64,000 nt of DNA, taken from IMG/VR virus record IMGVR_UViG_3300041955_000566; one strand, 5' to 3'. Shown here in pieces: positions 36,313 through 45,300 of this stretch. Numbering within the stretch: the stretch's first letter is position 1; every line of letters starts with the position of its first letter. Under the pieces are notes generated by a model. The model saw nothing but the letters and a program-made list of their open reading frames with translations. It did no database searches and was not told where the DNA came from. The stretch comes from an uncultured virus (IMG/VR IMGVR_UViG_3300041955_000566). Lineage: Duplodnaviria > Heunggongvirae > Uroviricota > Caudoviricetes. The translations under genes were made by a program, and so were the position numbers.

Positions 36313-36401
36313 GATCAGGCGAGCCGGCAGCCCTGAAGGCAGACGCCGGCCGTTTAGTTTTCCCGTCGGGGCACACCAGTCGCGCTGGGGCTCGCCCGAT
36401 C
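36313..36401 (-). ncRNA. Candidate multi-stem junction RNA
   Basis: 13-bp closing stem GATCGGGCGAGCC/GGCTCGCCTGATC with internal hairpins; a G:U pair favours the minus strand. Confidence 0.5.
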
Positions 36402-36415
36402 GCCTGAAGCCAACG

Positions 36416-36985
36416 TTAGTGTTTTGGCAGACCACGCGCGGCTCGGCCATTTCCTCTGTTCTTACCCTTTGAGGTTGGCATCTGAGCATGGCAATTTGGA
36501 CATAAGAGACGGATGTTATCCGGCTTATTATTTCCAGCATTACCGTCAGCATGATCTATTTCAAGAGGGATCAACGATCCAAACCATTCGGTATTTCCAC
36601 ATCGCTCACACGTTCTTCCGCGCTTTCTAATGAGCCATTTTTTAAGCGTTCCCCTTGTGGACACAAAACCAAGTTCAACTTGCCTATCTAGTTCGTGCGT
36701 TTGGCACCGATCCCCACTCATCTTATGCGGCTTATCGCAGACCACACAATATGGTGTTGTGCGCGGTGGCCCTCGGCGTACTTTAGACAAGGCACTGAGC
36801 TTTAGAGCTGCACAACGATGGCTGCAAAATCTTTGAACCAACCTTTCTTCAAAGCGAATAATTGAATTACAATTTTCGCAGCGCTTTGGGTTCTTAAGAT
36901 ATTCCTCTCTCTTAGAGAGAGATCTAATTTTCGTAGCTTCACGAGCAGCAATCCCACCAAGCCTACCAGCCTCACTACGGTTCAA
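36416..36985 (-). CDS. HNH homing endonuclease
   Basis: CERCG...LEIDHADGN..NN..DNIRLLCPNCH; probable TTG start just after tRNA-Thr. Confidence 0.85.
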   Translation of the reverse strand: MNRSEAGRLGGIAAREATKIRSLSKREEYLKNPKRCENCNSIIRFEERLVQRFCSHRCAALKLSALSKVRRGPPRTTPYCVVCDKPHKMSGDRCQTHELDRQVELGFVSTRGTLKKWLIRKRGRTCERCGNTEWFGSLIPLEIDHADGNAGNNKPDNIRLLCPNCHAQMPTSKGKNRGNGRAARGLPKH

Positions 36986-36987
36986 TT

Positions 36988-37062
36988 TGGTGCCCCAAGG
37001 TTGAGTTGAACAACCGTCTCTGTCGTACCAAGACAGTGTACTGCCGCTTGTACTATAGGGGC
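36988..37062 (-). tRNA. trnT: tRNA-Thr(GGT)
   Basis: Manual cloverleaf; CCA. Confidence 0.88.
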
Positions 37063-37071
37063 AATAATATC

Positions 37072-37145
37072 TGGAGCCCGGTGGAGGAATCGAACCCCCG
37101 TTGCGGCCGTACAAAGGGCGTCGCCTGCCACTGACGGAACCGGGC
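37072..37145 (-). tRNA. trnT: tRNA-Thr(TGT)
   Basis: Manual cloverleaf; CCA. Confidence 0.88.
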
Positions 37146-37149
37146 GAAA

Positions 37150-37223
37150 TGGAGCCCGCGCCGGGAGTCGAATCCGGCTCTCCTGCTTACGAGGCAAGTG
37201 CATCGCCGCAATGCTTCGCGGGC
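37150..37223 (-). tRNA. trnT: tRNA-Thr(CGT)
   Basis: Manual cloverleaf; CCA. Confidence 0.88.
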
Positions 37224-37237
37224 AAAAATGGACAAAA

Positions 37238-37500
37238 TGGTCGCAGGCCTCCGTTCCGGTAGGCATTCCGAAACGGAAGCCGGCGACCTGTTCTGGACGT
37301 TCACGATGTGTGGTCGCATTGGCGCGACCTAAACAACCCGAAGACGCGCGTACATCCGGCGTCATCGTCAGGCAGTTTGATCGTGAAAGGCCCGGAATTT
37401 GACTTGGAGGAACTTGGCTTGGGCCGTCTCGTTCTCTCTGCCTGTGTCGGCAGAGAAGGCCTCTGCCGGTTATCCTAGTGGTGTCCCTTGTTCGGGCATT
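37238..37500 (-). ncRNA. Candidate large structured RNA leading the tRNA array
   Basis: ~21-bp hairpin 37239-37288; multibranch domain 37291-37397; hairpins 37432-37467; G:U pairs on the minus strand. Confidence 0.55.
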
Positions 37501-37653
37501 CTTTTCGTTAACCAATACCTATTCACGCATGCGCAATCGCTCGCCGGTCGAATAAACGACCGGGAGGCGGCATGGGCTATGGTTGGTAAGCGTTTGTTAA
37601 TCATGGCGCGGCTTTTACCACCAAAGCTGGCGGCAGTCCACCATTAATTTTGG

Positions 37654-38040
37654 TCATCGTCTGCGAACCGGACATTGCTTGTTCTGGCAAAATCCAACGG
37701 TTAGCGGTCCAATAGCTTCTTCGCACTTCGGGCAAACTTTCAGCGCCGATGGAGCTACTTGGATTATTTCCACTGGTTCATAGGCGTGCTCGGCTTTTTC
37801 GACGTACATCGCGACGGGCGGCTGCCATGAAACAACGCGGAGGATGATTGATCCTCCCTTGTTGAGCTGTTCCAGCTCCGCTGGCGTCGGCTCCCAAGCA
37901 CTCTCGCACCAACCGCTTCCATGTCGCGGGTCGCCAGATGTCCGGATTGCAAGATGACCGCAGTCACCATCCTTATCTGGTTTCCATCTCGCTGGAGCAC
38001 CGAGCCAGTGCGTGGCATTCATGATGCGACGTGGAATCAT
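37654..38040 (-). CDS. Hypothetical protein
   Basis: 128 aa; LGAP..W...C..L...SAWEPT..EL..L..GG...QPPV. Confidence 0.7.
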   Translation of the reverse strand: MIPRRIMNATHWLGAPARWKPDKDGDCGHLAIRTSGDPRHGSGWCESAWEPTPAELEQLNKGGSIILRVVSWQPPVAMYVEKAEHAYEPVEIIQVAPSALKVCPKCEEAIGPLTVGFCQNKQCPVRRR

Positions 38041-38310
38041 CTCACGGCTCTCTGCTGGTGACGTACCAAACCGCGATGATGACGCAAAAAATAATCGTCC
38101 ACATCGCGAGATACCATAGCATCAGGCATCCATGTAAATCGAGAGGGCGTATCCGATCAATATCATAACGACTACTGCAGCAGCAATAACTACGATGATG
38201 TGGATCAGCACGTAAACCCTCCTGTTATTCCAATTCTATGGCTAATGGTCATTGATTTATACAGGATTGTAATCCTTTATTTCTGTAACATTTAGTGATT
38301 GGTTCTCTAG

Positions 38311-38348
38311 TTATGCCTTCTTGACGTATGCGACTGGATGGCGTACAT
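38311..38348 (+). promoter_or_regulatory. Early promoter/operator, copy 1 (CTTGAC-N17-GTACAT)
   Basis: Same architecture at 39761 and 41923. Confidence 0.6.
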
Positions 38349-38377
38349 GGTAAAAGTAAGAGGAAAGGAAACCAGCT

Positions 38378-38515
38378 ATGAAATATCTGTTCGCCTTTGC
38401 CGTTGTTGTCCTGGCCGTCGTGATGGCCGTGACCTTCGGTTCCGCCCCTGGCTTCGTCGTGCAGGCCAAGCCGATCGATGCGACAGCGTTCGCCACTTAT
38501 TCCACTCCGGAGTGA
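38378..38515 (+). CDS. Small membrane/exported peptide
   Basis: AAGGA RBS; MKYLFAFAVVVLAVV. Confidence 0.55.
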   Translation: MKYLFAFAVVVLAVVMAVTFGSAPGFVVQAKPIDATAFATYSTPE

Positions 38516-38520
38516 CCACA

Positions 38521-38775
38521 ATGACCACCCTCTATTCCGATCTCTCGCCGGCCCAAAAATTGTTCGTTGATCGGGTCGAGGCTGGCTTGCGGAACATGGC
38601 CAAGGATAAGGCCGTCGTCGCGGTCTATGGCGATGGAACGTCTTTGGATTCACCTAACGGCGAGAAGTTTGCCGCGCGAAAGATCGGTGCTTCTTTTGAA
38701 GTTGTCTTCGACTTCCCGATGCCGGGCGGATGGTTTTGCTATCACACCGCCGTTCAACTTCCTCTCAACGCCTAA
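38521..38775 (+). CDS. Hypothetical early protein
   Basis: GGAG RBS; MTTLYSDL start. Confidence 0.6.
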   Translation: MTTLYSDLSPAQKLFVDRVEAGLRNMAKDKAVVAVYGDGTSLDSPNGEKFAARKIGASFEVVFDFPMPGGWFCYHTAVQLPLNA

Positions 38776-38787
38776 CGGAGAATTGCG

Positions 38788-39180
38788 ATGAAGAAACAGA
38801 AAGTGTTCAAGCCAACCTGTCCTTGGATCAAGAAGGATATGGCCGCAGCCAAGCGAGCGCTCAACGCTTGGTATTTCCTAGGTTCCGCCGCGTTCGGCGA
38901 CCCCTGCATAGTTACTCCGTACTTATCGTTCTCGCCGATGGCGAAGAAGTACAAGGCGAAACACAACGATCTTGTTCTCTATGGCGCCGCCCTTGGCCAG
39001 AAGCGGAAGCAACTTCCGGTCGATCTGACAGGTTGGCAAGGCCGAGCCTCATGGAATGGTGATCTCGGTGCCGTGACCTTCGTCAAGTTGGATCAGCCAT
39101 CGACTACCGTGACCGTGCCGCTGCGGTTCCTAGAGTGGCCGCCGGATGTGGCCGCCGAGCCCATGAAGGAGGCCGCATGA
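38788..39180 (+). CDS. Hypothetical early protein
   Basis: GGAG RBS; 130 aa. Confidence 0.65.
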   Translation: MKKQKVFKPTCPWIKKDMAAAKRALNAWYFLGSAAFGDPCIVTPYLSFSPMAKKYKAKHNDLVLYGAALGQKRKQLPVDLTGWQGRASWNGDLGAVTFVKLDQPSTTVTVPLRFLEWPPDVAAEPMKEAA

Positions 39181-39383
39181 ACACCAGCGATCCATCATTT
39201 CTAGGCGCCGAGCGCTTAGTGCAGTTCAACGGTAACACCTACGCCGTCAATCTTTCCTCCGGCGATAGTTCTTTGGTGCGCGTCATAAAACGCAACGCCA
39301 ACGGAGAATATCGCCAAACCATCAAACCGGATTCGCAAAACTGGAAGCGCGCAGTTCGATTGGCACGGGAGCAGACACCATGA
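39177..39383 (+). CDS. Hypothetical early protein
   Basis: GGAGG RBS; ATGA coupling. Confidence 0.6.
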   Translation: MNTSDPSFLGAERLVQFNGNTYAVNLSSGDSSLVRVIKRNANGEYRQTIKPDSQNWKRAVRLAREQTP

Positions 39384-39739
39384 GCAAGCGTTACATCACC
39401 CTCGGTTGCGGCCGACAGATCGGCCTCGGTACCTACGTTAAGGCATGGAAGACTTGCCTTGAGCTGCCCGCCGGTGCGTTTATAGGCAAGGGTGTGAGCG
39501 GATGGGGCCAGACCGCCGCCGAAGCGCTCCAAGACCTCCGCAAAGGCATGGATGACCGGATTAACCGGAACATCCCAGGCTACGGCATCGGCCGGAAGTG
39601 GGATCCGGACTGGTATTTCCTGATCTGGCGGGCTTCTCGGGACCTCAATCAGCCCCGCCTGCTGATCCGATACTTGCCCCCTGATTTGATGAAAATCCCT
39701 CGATTCCTGGAGCGGGTTGAATATGCCAGAGCCGCATAG
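39380..39739 (+). CDS. Hypothetical early protein
   Basis: ATGA coupling; 119 aa. Confidence 0.65.
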   Translation: MSKRYITLGCGRQIGLGTYVKAWKTCLELPAGAFIGKGVSGWGQTAAEALQDLRKGMDDRINRNIPGYGIGRKWDPDWYFLIWRASRDLNQPRLLIRYLPPDLMKIPRFLERVEYARAA

Positions 39740-39760
39740 CTCCTATACCAATTATATGCC

Positions 39761-39797
39761 TACGACATCTTGACGTAGGCTCCATTAATGTGTATGT
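39761..39797 (+). promoter_or_regulatory. Early promoter/operator, copy 2 (CTTGAC-N17-GTATGT)
   Basis: TACGAC-N5-GACGTA dyad overlaps the -35. Confidence 0.6.
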
Positions 39798-39833
39798 AGA
39801 ATATGAAGGAACGAGAGATAGAGGAGGCCTGTC

Positions 39834-40031
39834 ATGTCGGACTTTGAATTGTGTATCCCCAAGAATGGATCGAAGAAGACCTCGAAGAAGATGAGCGCCT
39901 ATGTCGGTGCTGACTTTGAGTTGTGGATGCCGGAGCCGGGGGCTTTGTTAGACCTCGAATTCGATGAGGTCGAGCCAGGCGTCTTCTTGGCTCAGTTTGA
40001 TTCATCCAGCGTGAAGGCAAAGTATGCATGA
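39834..40031 (+). CDS. Hypothetical early protein
   Basis: GAGGAGG RBS; 65 aa. Confidence 0.6.
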   Translation: MSDFELCIPKNGSKKTSKKMSAYVGADFELWMPEPGALLDLEFDEVEPGVFLAQFDSSSVKAKYA

Positions 40032-40170
40032 CCGCTCCCACAACAAATCCCATTGTTGTCGCTGTCGCAGAAGCGATGAAGCAAAAAAGAAAAGAGCTTC
40101 TCAGCCAGCCGCTTGAGAGAATATGGATGGCACTCGCTGAGGTGGCGATCGCCAAGTTGGAGACCCAATC

Positions 40171-40638
40171 ATGAAACTTGAGACTGAGACTTGCTCGCGA
40201 TGCGGCGGATGCGGAGAGCATTCGTACTGCGAGATGTATGGCCGAGTCTGTTTCAAGTGCCACGGTACCGGGCAACAATTCACGAAGAGAGGTCGGGCCG
40301 CTGCAGCATGGCTCAAAGAATTGCGGACTATCAAGGCAGGCGACGTCAAGGTCGGTATGCGGATCAAGGTTCCGAGCGTTGGCACCTTCAATGTGAAAAT
40401 TGCAGAACTTGAAACCAAGTCGAGCGGGAAGTCTCTCCAGAATGGTGTCTGGATCGATATGCCTCCTCACTTCCATCTGAAAGGAGAGAAACTTGGCATC
40501 TACACTTTCTCCGATGCGGATGTCGAACTAGTGCTGAGCAAGGAAGAACGAGCAGCTCAGTTTCAGCGAGCAATTGATTTTCAAAACAGTCTGACGAAAG
40601 AGGGCAAGCCTCGAAAGATGAAGGAGATTAAATCATGA
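40171..40638 (+). CDS. Zn-finger (CxxCxGxG) protein
   Basis: CSRCGGCG...CFKCHGTG. Confidence 0.7.
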   Translation: MKLETETCSRCGGCGEHSYCEMYGRVCFKCHGTGQQFTKRGRAAAAWLKELRTIKAGDVKVGMRIKVPSVGTFNVKIAELETKSSGKSLQNGVWIDMPPHFHLKGEKLGIYTFSDADVELVLSKEERAAQFQRAIDFQNSLTKEGKPRKMKEIKS

Positions 40639-40862
40639 CGAAAACGGTCAGGATGGTTCGTGAATTTAGTTCGATCGGACCGTGCATCCAGCTTGGGGAA
40701 TTTGTGAAGCGCACCGAAAATACCATCACGTTTATCGAGCGTGATGGCTCACGATGCACGCGCGGCGGTCAGCGGCTCAAAAACGGGCTCATTCACACCT
40801 TGCCTTGCCGCAGTTGCCGCGATCATCCCGAGTCTCAATATCCGAACGGCTACGAAAACTAA
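40635..40862 (+). CDS. Hypothetical early protein
   Basis: AAGGAG RBS; H..PC.SC.DH...QYP.GY. Confidence 0.65.
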   Translation: MTKTVRMVREFSSIGPCIQLGEFVKRTENTITFIERDGSRCTRGGQRLKNGLIHTLPCRSCRDHPESQYPNGYEN

Positions 40863-40877
40863 ACCAAGGAGAGAAAT

Positions 40878-41144
40878 ATGACTAAGTGGATCGAAGTGTC
40901 AGAAGAGCGTTTCGATGAAATGCTCGGAGTGTTGCCGCCAGAGATTTATACCGGACTCGGTTTTCTGGTTGGCGAACCATCAGATCATGTCGTTTGCAGC
41001 GTGACTAAGCGGATCGCACCAAACTTCCAGCCGTTCGCTCATATCAGCGATAAGTTCTACGAGGCGGTTAATTGCATGACCATCGCCGAGTTCAAAAAGG
41101 TTACGCCGGCAGATGTGTTGGCAAACGTGAAGGAGGATGCGTGA
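40878..41144 (+). CDS. Hypothetical protein (DUF1419-like, tentative)
   Basis: W.EVSEE.FDEMLGVLPP...FLVGEP. Confidence 0.65.
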   Translation: MTKWIEVSEERFDEMLGVLPPEIYTGLGFLVGEPSDHVVCSVTKRIAPNFQPFAHISDKFYEAVNCMTIAEFKKVTPADVLANVKEDA

Positions 41145-41935
41145 TGAACTGGTACGAAGAGAAGCAAGAAGCAAAGCGCCAGCGGCTCGAGGATCGGGCG
41201 GATCGGCTAACACGCGAAGGAGCGGCCAGGGTCAAGAGCGGATTTGATCGGCTGTCGCTAATTCCATTCGGTCAACCCATCCTTGTCGGACACCACAGCG
41301 AAAAGGGCGATCGCTCCTATCGTCGCAAGGCTTGCAACTCGATTGACAAGGGATTCGAACTGCAGAAAGCGGGCGGCGAGTTGGCTGCGCGGGCGGCGAG
41401 CATTGGTGCCGCCGGTGTCTCTTCGGATGATCCCGATGGCGTCGAGAAGTTGACAGAGCAGTTAAACGAACGCAAGGCCAAGCAAGAAAAGATGGCCCTG
41501 GTGAATAAGTTGGTCCGTAAGCAGGACCGAGAAGGTTTGATCGCGGCCGGCTTCGCGGCAAAGCTTGTCGATCTCTGGCTCGAGAAGCCAAGTTGGGGCG
41601 GCAAGTACCGCGCCTATGAGCCATACGAGCTCAGCAACAATAACGCGAACATCCGGCGGATCGAACAGCGGATCAAGGAACTGTCAGCGAATGCAACCCG
41701 CGAAACGAAGGTGACCGAAGCCGGTGACGTGAAGCTGGTCGAGAACGCAGAGATCAATCGGGTGCAGTTGATATTCCCCGGCAAGCCGAATGCTGAGATC
41801 CGGACCTTACTCAAGAGCCGAGGCTTTCGCTGGTCGCCGATGGAAGGTGCATGGCAGCGTCATCTAAATGGCAGCGGTGTCTACGCCGCGAAGGATATCC
41901 TGCATTTTCTAACAAAAGAAATTGCGACTTCTTGA
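41144..41935 (+). CDS. DUF3560-family protein
   Basis: IPFGQPILVGHHSE, SSDDPD, LSNNNANIRR, F.GKP...R..LKSRGFRW. Confidence 0.85.
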   Translation: MNWYEEKQEAKRQRLEDRADRLTREGAARVKSGFDRLSLIPFGQPILVGHHSEKGDRSYRRKACNSIDKGFELQKAGGELAARAASIGAAGVSSDDPDGVEKLTEQLNERKAKQEKMALVNKLVRKQDREGLIAAGFAAKLVDLWLEKPSWGGKYRAYEPYELSNNNANIRRIEQRIKELSANATRETKVTEAGDVKLVENAEINRVQLIFPGKPNAEIRTLLKSRGFRWSPMEGAWQRHLNGSGVYAAKDILHFLTKEIATS

Positions 41936-41959
41936 CGCATTGGCCATCAGTGTATATAT
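41923..41959 (+). promoter_or_regulatory. Early promoter/operator, copy 3 (CTTGAC-N17-ATATAT)
   Basis: TGCGAC-N5-GACGCA dyad directly upstream of an HTH gene. Confidence 0.6.
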
Positions 41960-41986
41960 GCAAATCGGAGGAAAGGATGTTTCAAC

Positions 41987-42178
41987 ATGAAATTCGACCA
42001 ATATCGCAGCATACTTAAATCGCTCGGTCTTTCGATCGTTGGTGCTGCACCAGTAATCGGCATCAGTCGCCGACAATCTCAGCGCATCGCTGCTGGTGGT
42101 TCACCAGTACCAGAACCAGTTGCCAAACTCTTGCGGCTCATCATCAAGCACAAGATCAAACCGGAGGATGTCAAATGA
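41987..42178 (+). CDS. Small HTH regulator
   Basis: LGLSIVGAAPVIGISRRQSQRIAAG..PVP.PVAKLL. Confidence 0.75.
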   Translation: MKFDQYRSILKSLGLSIVGAAPVIGISRRQSQRIAAGGSPVPEPVAKLLRLIIKHKIKPEDVK

Positions 42179-42387
42179 CAATCACAAAGATCAACTATTG
42201 CTCCTGGGAGGGCACGCCAGCTGTCTCGGCCTATTATCCCGATGGTCGGATACTGGCTTACGAATATAATGATGATAAATGGGTACAGGTCCACGAAGCC
42301 GATGTCAGCACGAAAGCAGTTCTGATCGGGGAAGCTGCATTCAAGAAACGCTGGCCAGATTTAGTTCTCCCCGCTTTTCCGGAATAG
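42175..42387 (+). CDS. Hypothetical protein converging on the portal fusion 3' end
   Basis: GGAGG RBS; ATGA coupling; 27-nt tail-to-tail overlap. Confidence 0.7.
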   Translation: MTITKINYCSWEGTPAVSAYYPDGRILAYEYNDDKWVQVHEADVSTKAVLIGEAAFKKRWPDLVLPAFPE

Positions 42388-45300
42388 GCTCTTCCATACG
42401 GCCGGAAGAGCCGCTTCAACTTTCGCATAGATATCAATCATTTGTTGTTCAATCTCTTGGGCGTGCGCACTTCCCTTCGGAAGCGTCCGCCATTTTTCAT
42501 AGAGATGATGACCACTGCCGGTCTCCTTCGCTTCGAACATGCCAGGCGGCCACATCTGAATCTCGCCAACTTGGCCGTCCGCGAACCTTACCATTGTCTT
42601 CCGATCAAAATAGCCGGTGCCATTCTTCTGCCAGCCTTCATCGGCGACCTCAAAATCCTGTGCCAACATATGGATGATTTTGTCGCCGTCTTCCGGGGTA
42701 TCGACATTGAACCCACCACGCACTGCATCGGTCACGCTCTCTGCCGAGCGACCACCAGCGATCTTTTCAAGCAGACGTTTTTCACTCTTCGCGCCAGGAT
42801 TTGCAAAATTGGTTTTCACCTTTGCTGCCGCCTTTTCACATGCCTTTGCCAACGCTTCTTGGTTCGCAGGGGAAACCTTGAGGATGTCCTCAGCCGACTT
42901 CGGTGCTGTCTTTTTCCATTCAACTTTCTGCGCTTCGGCATGTTCGAGACCGAAGGCTTTGATTCCAGCCTTATAAGGTGCGGTAGCCGGTTGGATAGCT
43001 GGTGCCGCACTGGTCTCTAACTTGCCGGCTTTGCCTTCATGTGATGATTTCGATCCTCCACCACCAGAACCAAACTTCCCATCCAGTGCCCGGGGATGGT
43101 CGGACTCCTTGAACTCGGCATCAGCAACTATCCCCGTTAGATTGCGTGCCGCTGCCAATATATTAGCAACCGGCACATCGATATCCATGACGGCGCCGGT
43201 ATGCTCGCCTTTCTTGCAGAATACCGACTTATCGATCTCGCCATCTGATGGTGATCCATTTGCAATCCAAGCCTTCAGCAAACGCTCGTCACGATGATGA
43301 GTGACAACCGCAATCTTGCCGGGATATTTTTGGATGATTTCGGCGAGGCCACAGAAGAACCGCTTTGCAAAATCATCAAAGCTTTCGCCACCGGGTACCT
43401 TTTCATCGGGCCGATCGGTAGCGTAGTCGGCTAGAATCGGAACAGCTTCAGAAGTAACCCAGCCGGAGTATTTTCCGCAGTTCCACGGCCTCAAATCCTT
43501 GGTGGTTTCCTTGACTGGAACACCTGTAATTTCAGAAATGATTTCCGCTGTATCGGCTGCCCGCTTGAGATCAGACGTCACAATGACATCGGGAGGGTCA
43601 TCCGACATCTGCTGCCCAAGTTTTTTAGCTTCGGCTTCGCCGTCCGGCGACAGCGGAATGTCTTTCCAGCCTCGGATCCGATCAACAGAGACATCCTCAT
43701 TATTTAATGATGTTGCCCCGTGGCGAACCATCAAAATAGTCCTAGTCAATGCAGCATCAAGTCCATGTTGTTCGGCGAGAGGATCAGGCCGGCCGCCTTT
43801 TGGTTCCAAGCCTTCGATTTCTTCTTGACGAAGATCCGGTGCATCTTCTGCATCAAGATCAGCATACGGTAATTCTGGATCATTAACGATCCGCTTCCGG
43901 ACTTCCTTCGGTGCCAATGCTCCCATGTCAACATAGATCTGGTCGCGCTCGGCTTCGGCCTTTTGCTTGTCGCCTTGTTCCTTATCGGTCAACTGCCGCA
44001 GCGGTTCGAAGACGATGCTGATCTCGGGATCGACTTCCTCCCAGAGCGAGAGCTGCTCGAAATTGACGACACGGGTCAGATGCGGCCGGAAGAAGCGGTT
44101 CTGATAAGCCGAAATGGTATCATCATAAACCTTGATTTCGCCGTCGGATGTCGCGTTCAAACCAGATGGCTGGATGCCGGTGAACTTGACGAGCGGTATC
44201 CTCGCCACCGATGCGACGTGCTCCTGTGCCTGGGCCTGCAGCTCGTGGAGCCCGGCCATCGAAGCGGAGACATTTTTGAAGTCTTCGGTCGCCTTGTTGA
44301 TCATCATCAGCCCTTGATTGTCACGCAGGGCATTGAACATGGCGGCTCGCGCAATCAGGGCATCGGCATTACCGGGCTGCAGCACGGTCTGCAGATCGGT
44401 CATCAGCACCATGACTGAGAACGAGTGGATGAGGTCGGCGACGCTCTGCCTGGTCGTCAGCCAGATATCGACGTATGGCTTCGCCATCTGTGACAGCGCC
44501 AAACCACCGAAGCTGTAGGCCGGTTTCAGAAGGTCCGGGACCGGGTGACCGATGAAGGTGAGCAGGCGCGAGGCATGGGCTTCCTTGCCCATGACGTACC
44601 AGACCTGTGGATTGTACCAATCATCCCGGAGCGGGTTCACCGCATTGTAGGTAGTCGGATAGGTCCAGACCGCTTCGACGACTTTGAGTTCCTTGAATTT
44701 GCCGCGTCCTACTTTGGCTTGACTCATCTGGTTGCGGCCGTCACCGATATCGGTTTTTAGCTCGGAAGTATCGAGATCGAGATCGGTGCCGAAGTTCAGG
44801 AAGAGATGGCTGCGCCCGAAGAAGCCGTCATCTCGGGCGATGTTGTAGAACTTGTCTCGGACTTCGAGCCTGGCCTGATCATCCTTGAGCGCTTTTACTT
44901 TGTCTGTTTTTCCGGCGGCAGCGATGCGCTTCTTTCGCTCGTCGGGGTCCGCCATTCTCTCGGCCTCGCCTTCGGGATCCTGCTCGGCCCGCCGTTTGTT
45001 TTCCTCATCGTTGCCGGTGACTTCAAAATCGATCCATTTCCGCGTCGCATCATCCGCAATGGTCTCCGATATAACACGGTATTCTGGTCGCTGCGCCAGT
45101 TCGGCGAGGTATGGATATCCAAGGAACATGATTCCTTCGGATGCCACACTCGAGAAGATTCCGCCGGCCCATTGTTGTCCGGCCCAGCTCATCGACTGGT
45201 CCATTGCCATCCGGAGGTCTTTTTGCTTCGGGATGACCTTGGGCGGGAATGCTGGCAATTGGAACGGGTTGAATTCCGGTTTGCGGCTGTGCTGCTTGGC

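Noticed and set aside
31094..37223. Suppressor or selenocysteine tRNA explaining the in-frame stops
   Set aside because: All 39 anticodons read by hand are sense; the TGA-anticodon gene is Ser, and none has CTA, TCA or TTA.
37238..37500. tmRNA, RNase P or SRP RNA
   Set aside because: No Ala-type acceptor/T arm, no GAGGAAAGUCC P4 motif and no SRP helix-8 motif were found.
31069..37515. ORF-track entries overlapping tRNAs (e.g. 35485-36552, 31239-31634, 36982-37515)
   Set aside because: They run through clear tRNA cloverleaves and show no protein-like features.
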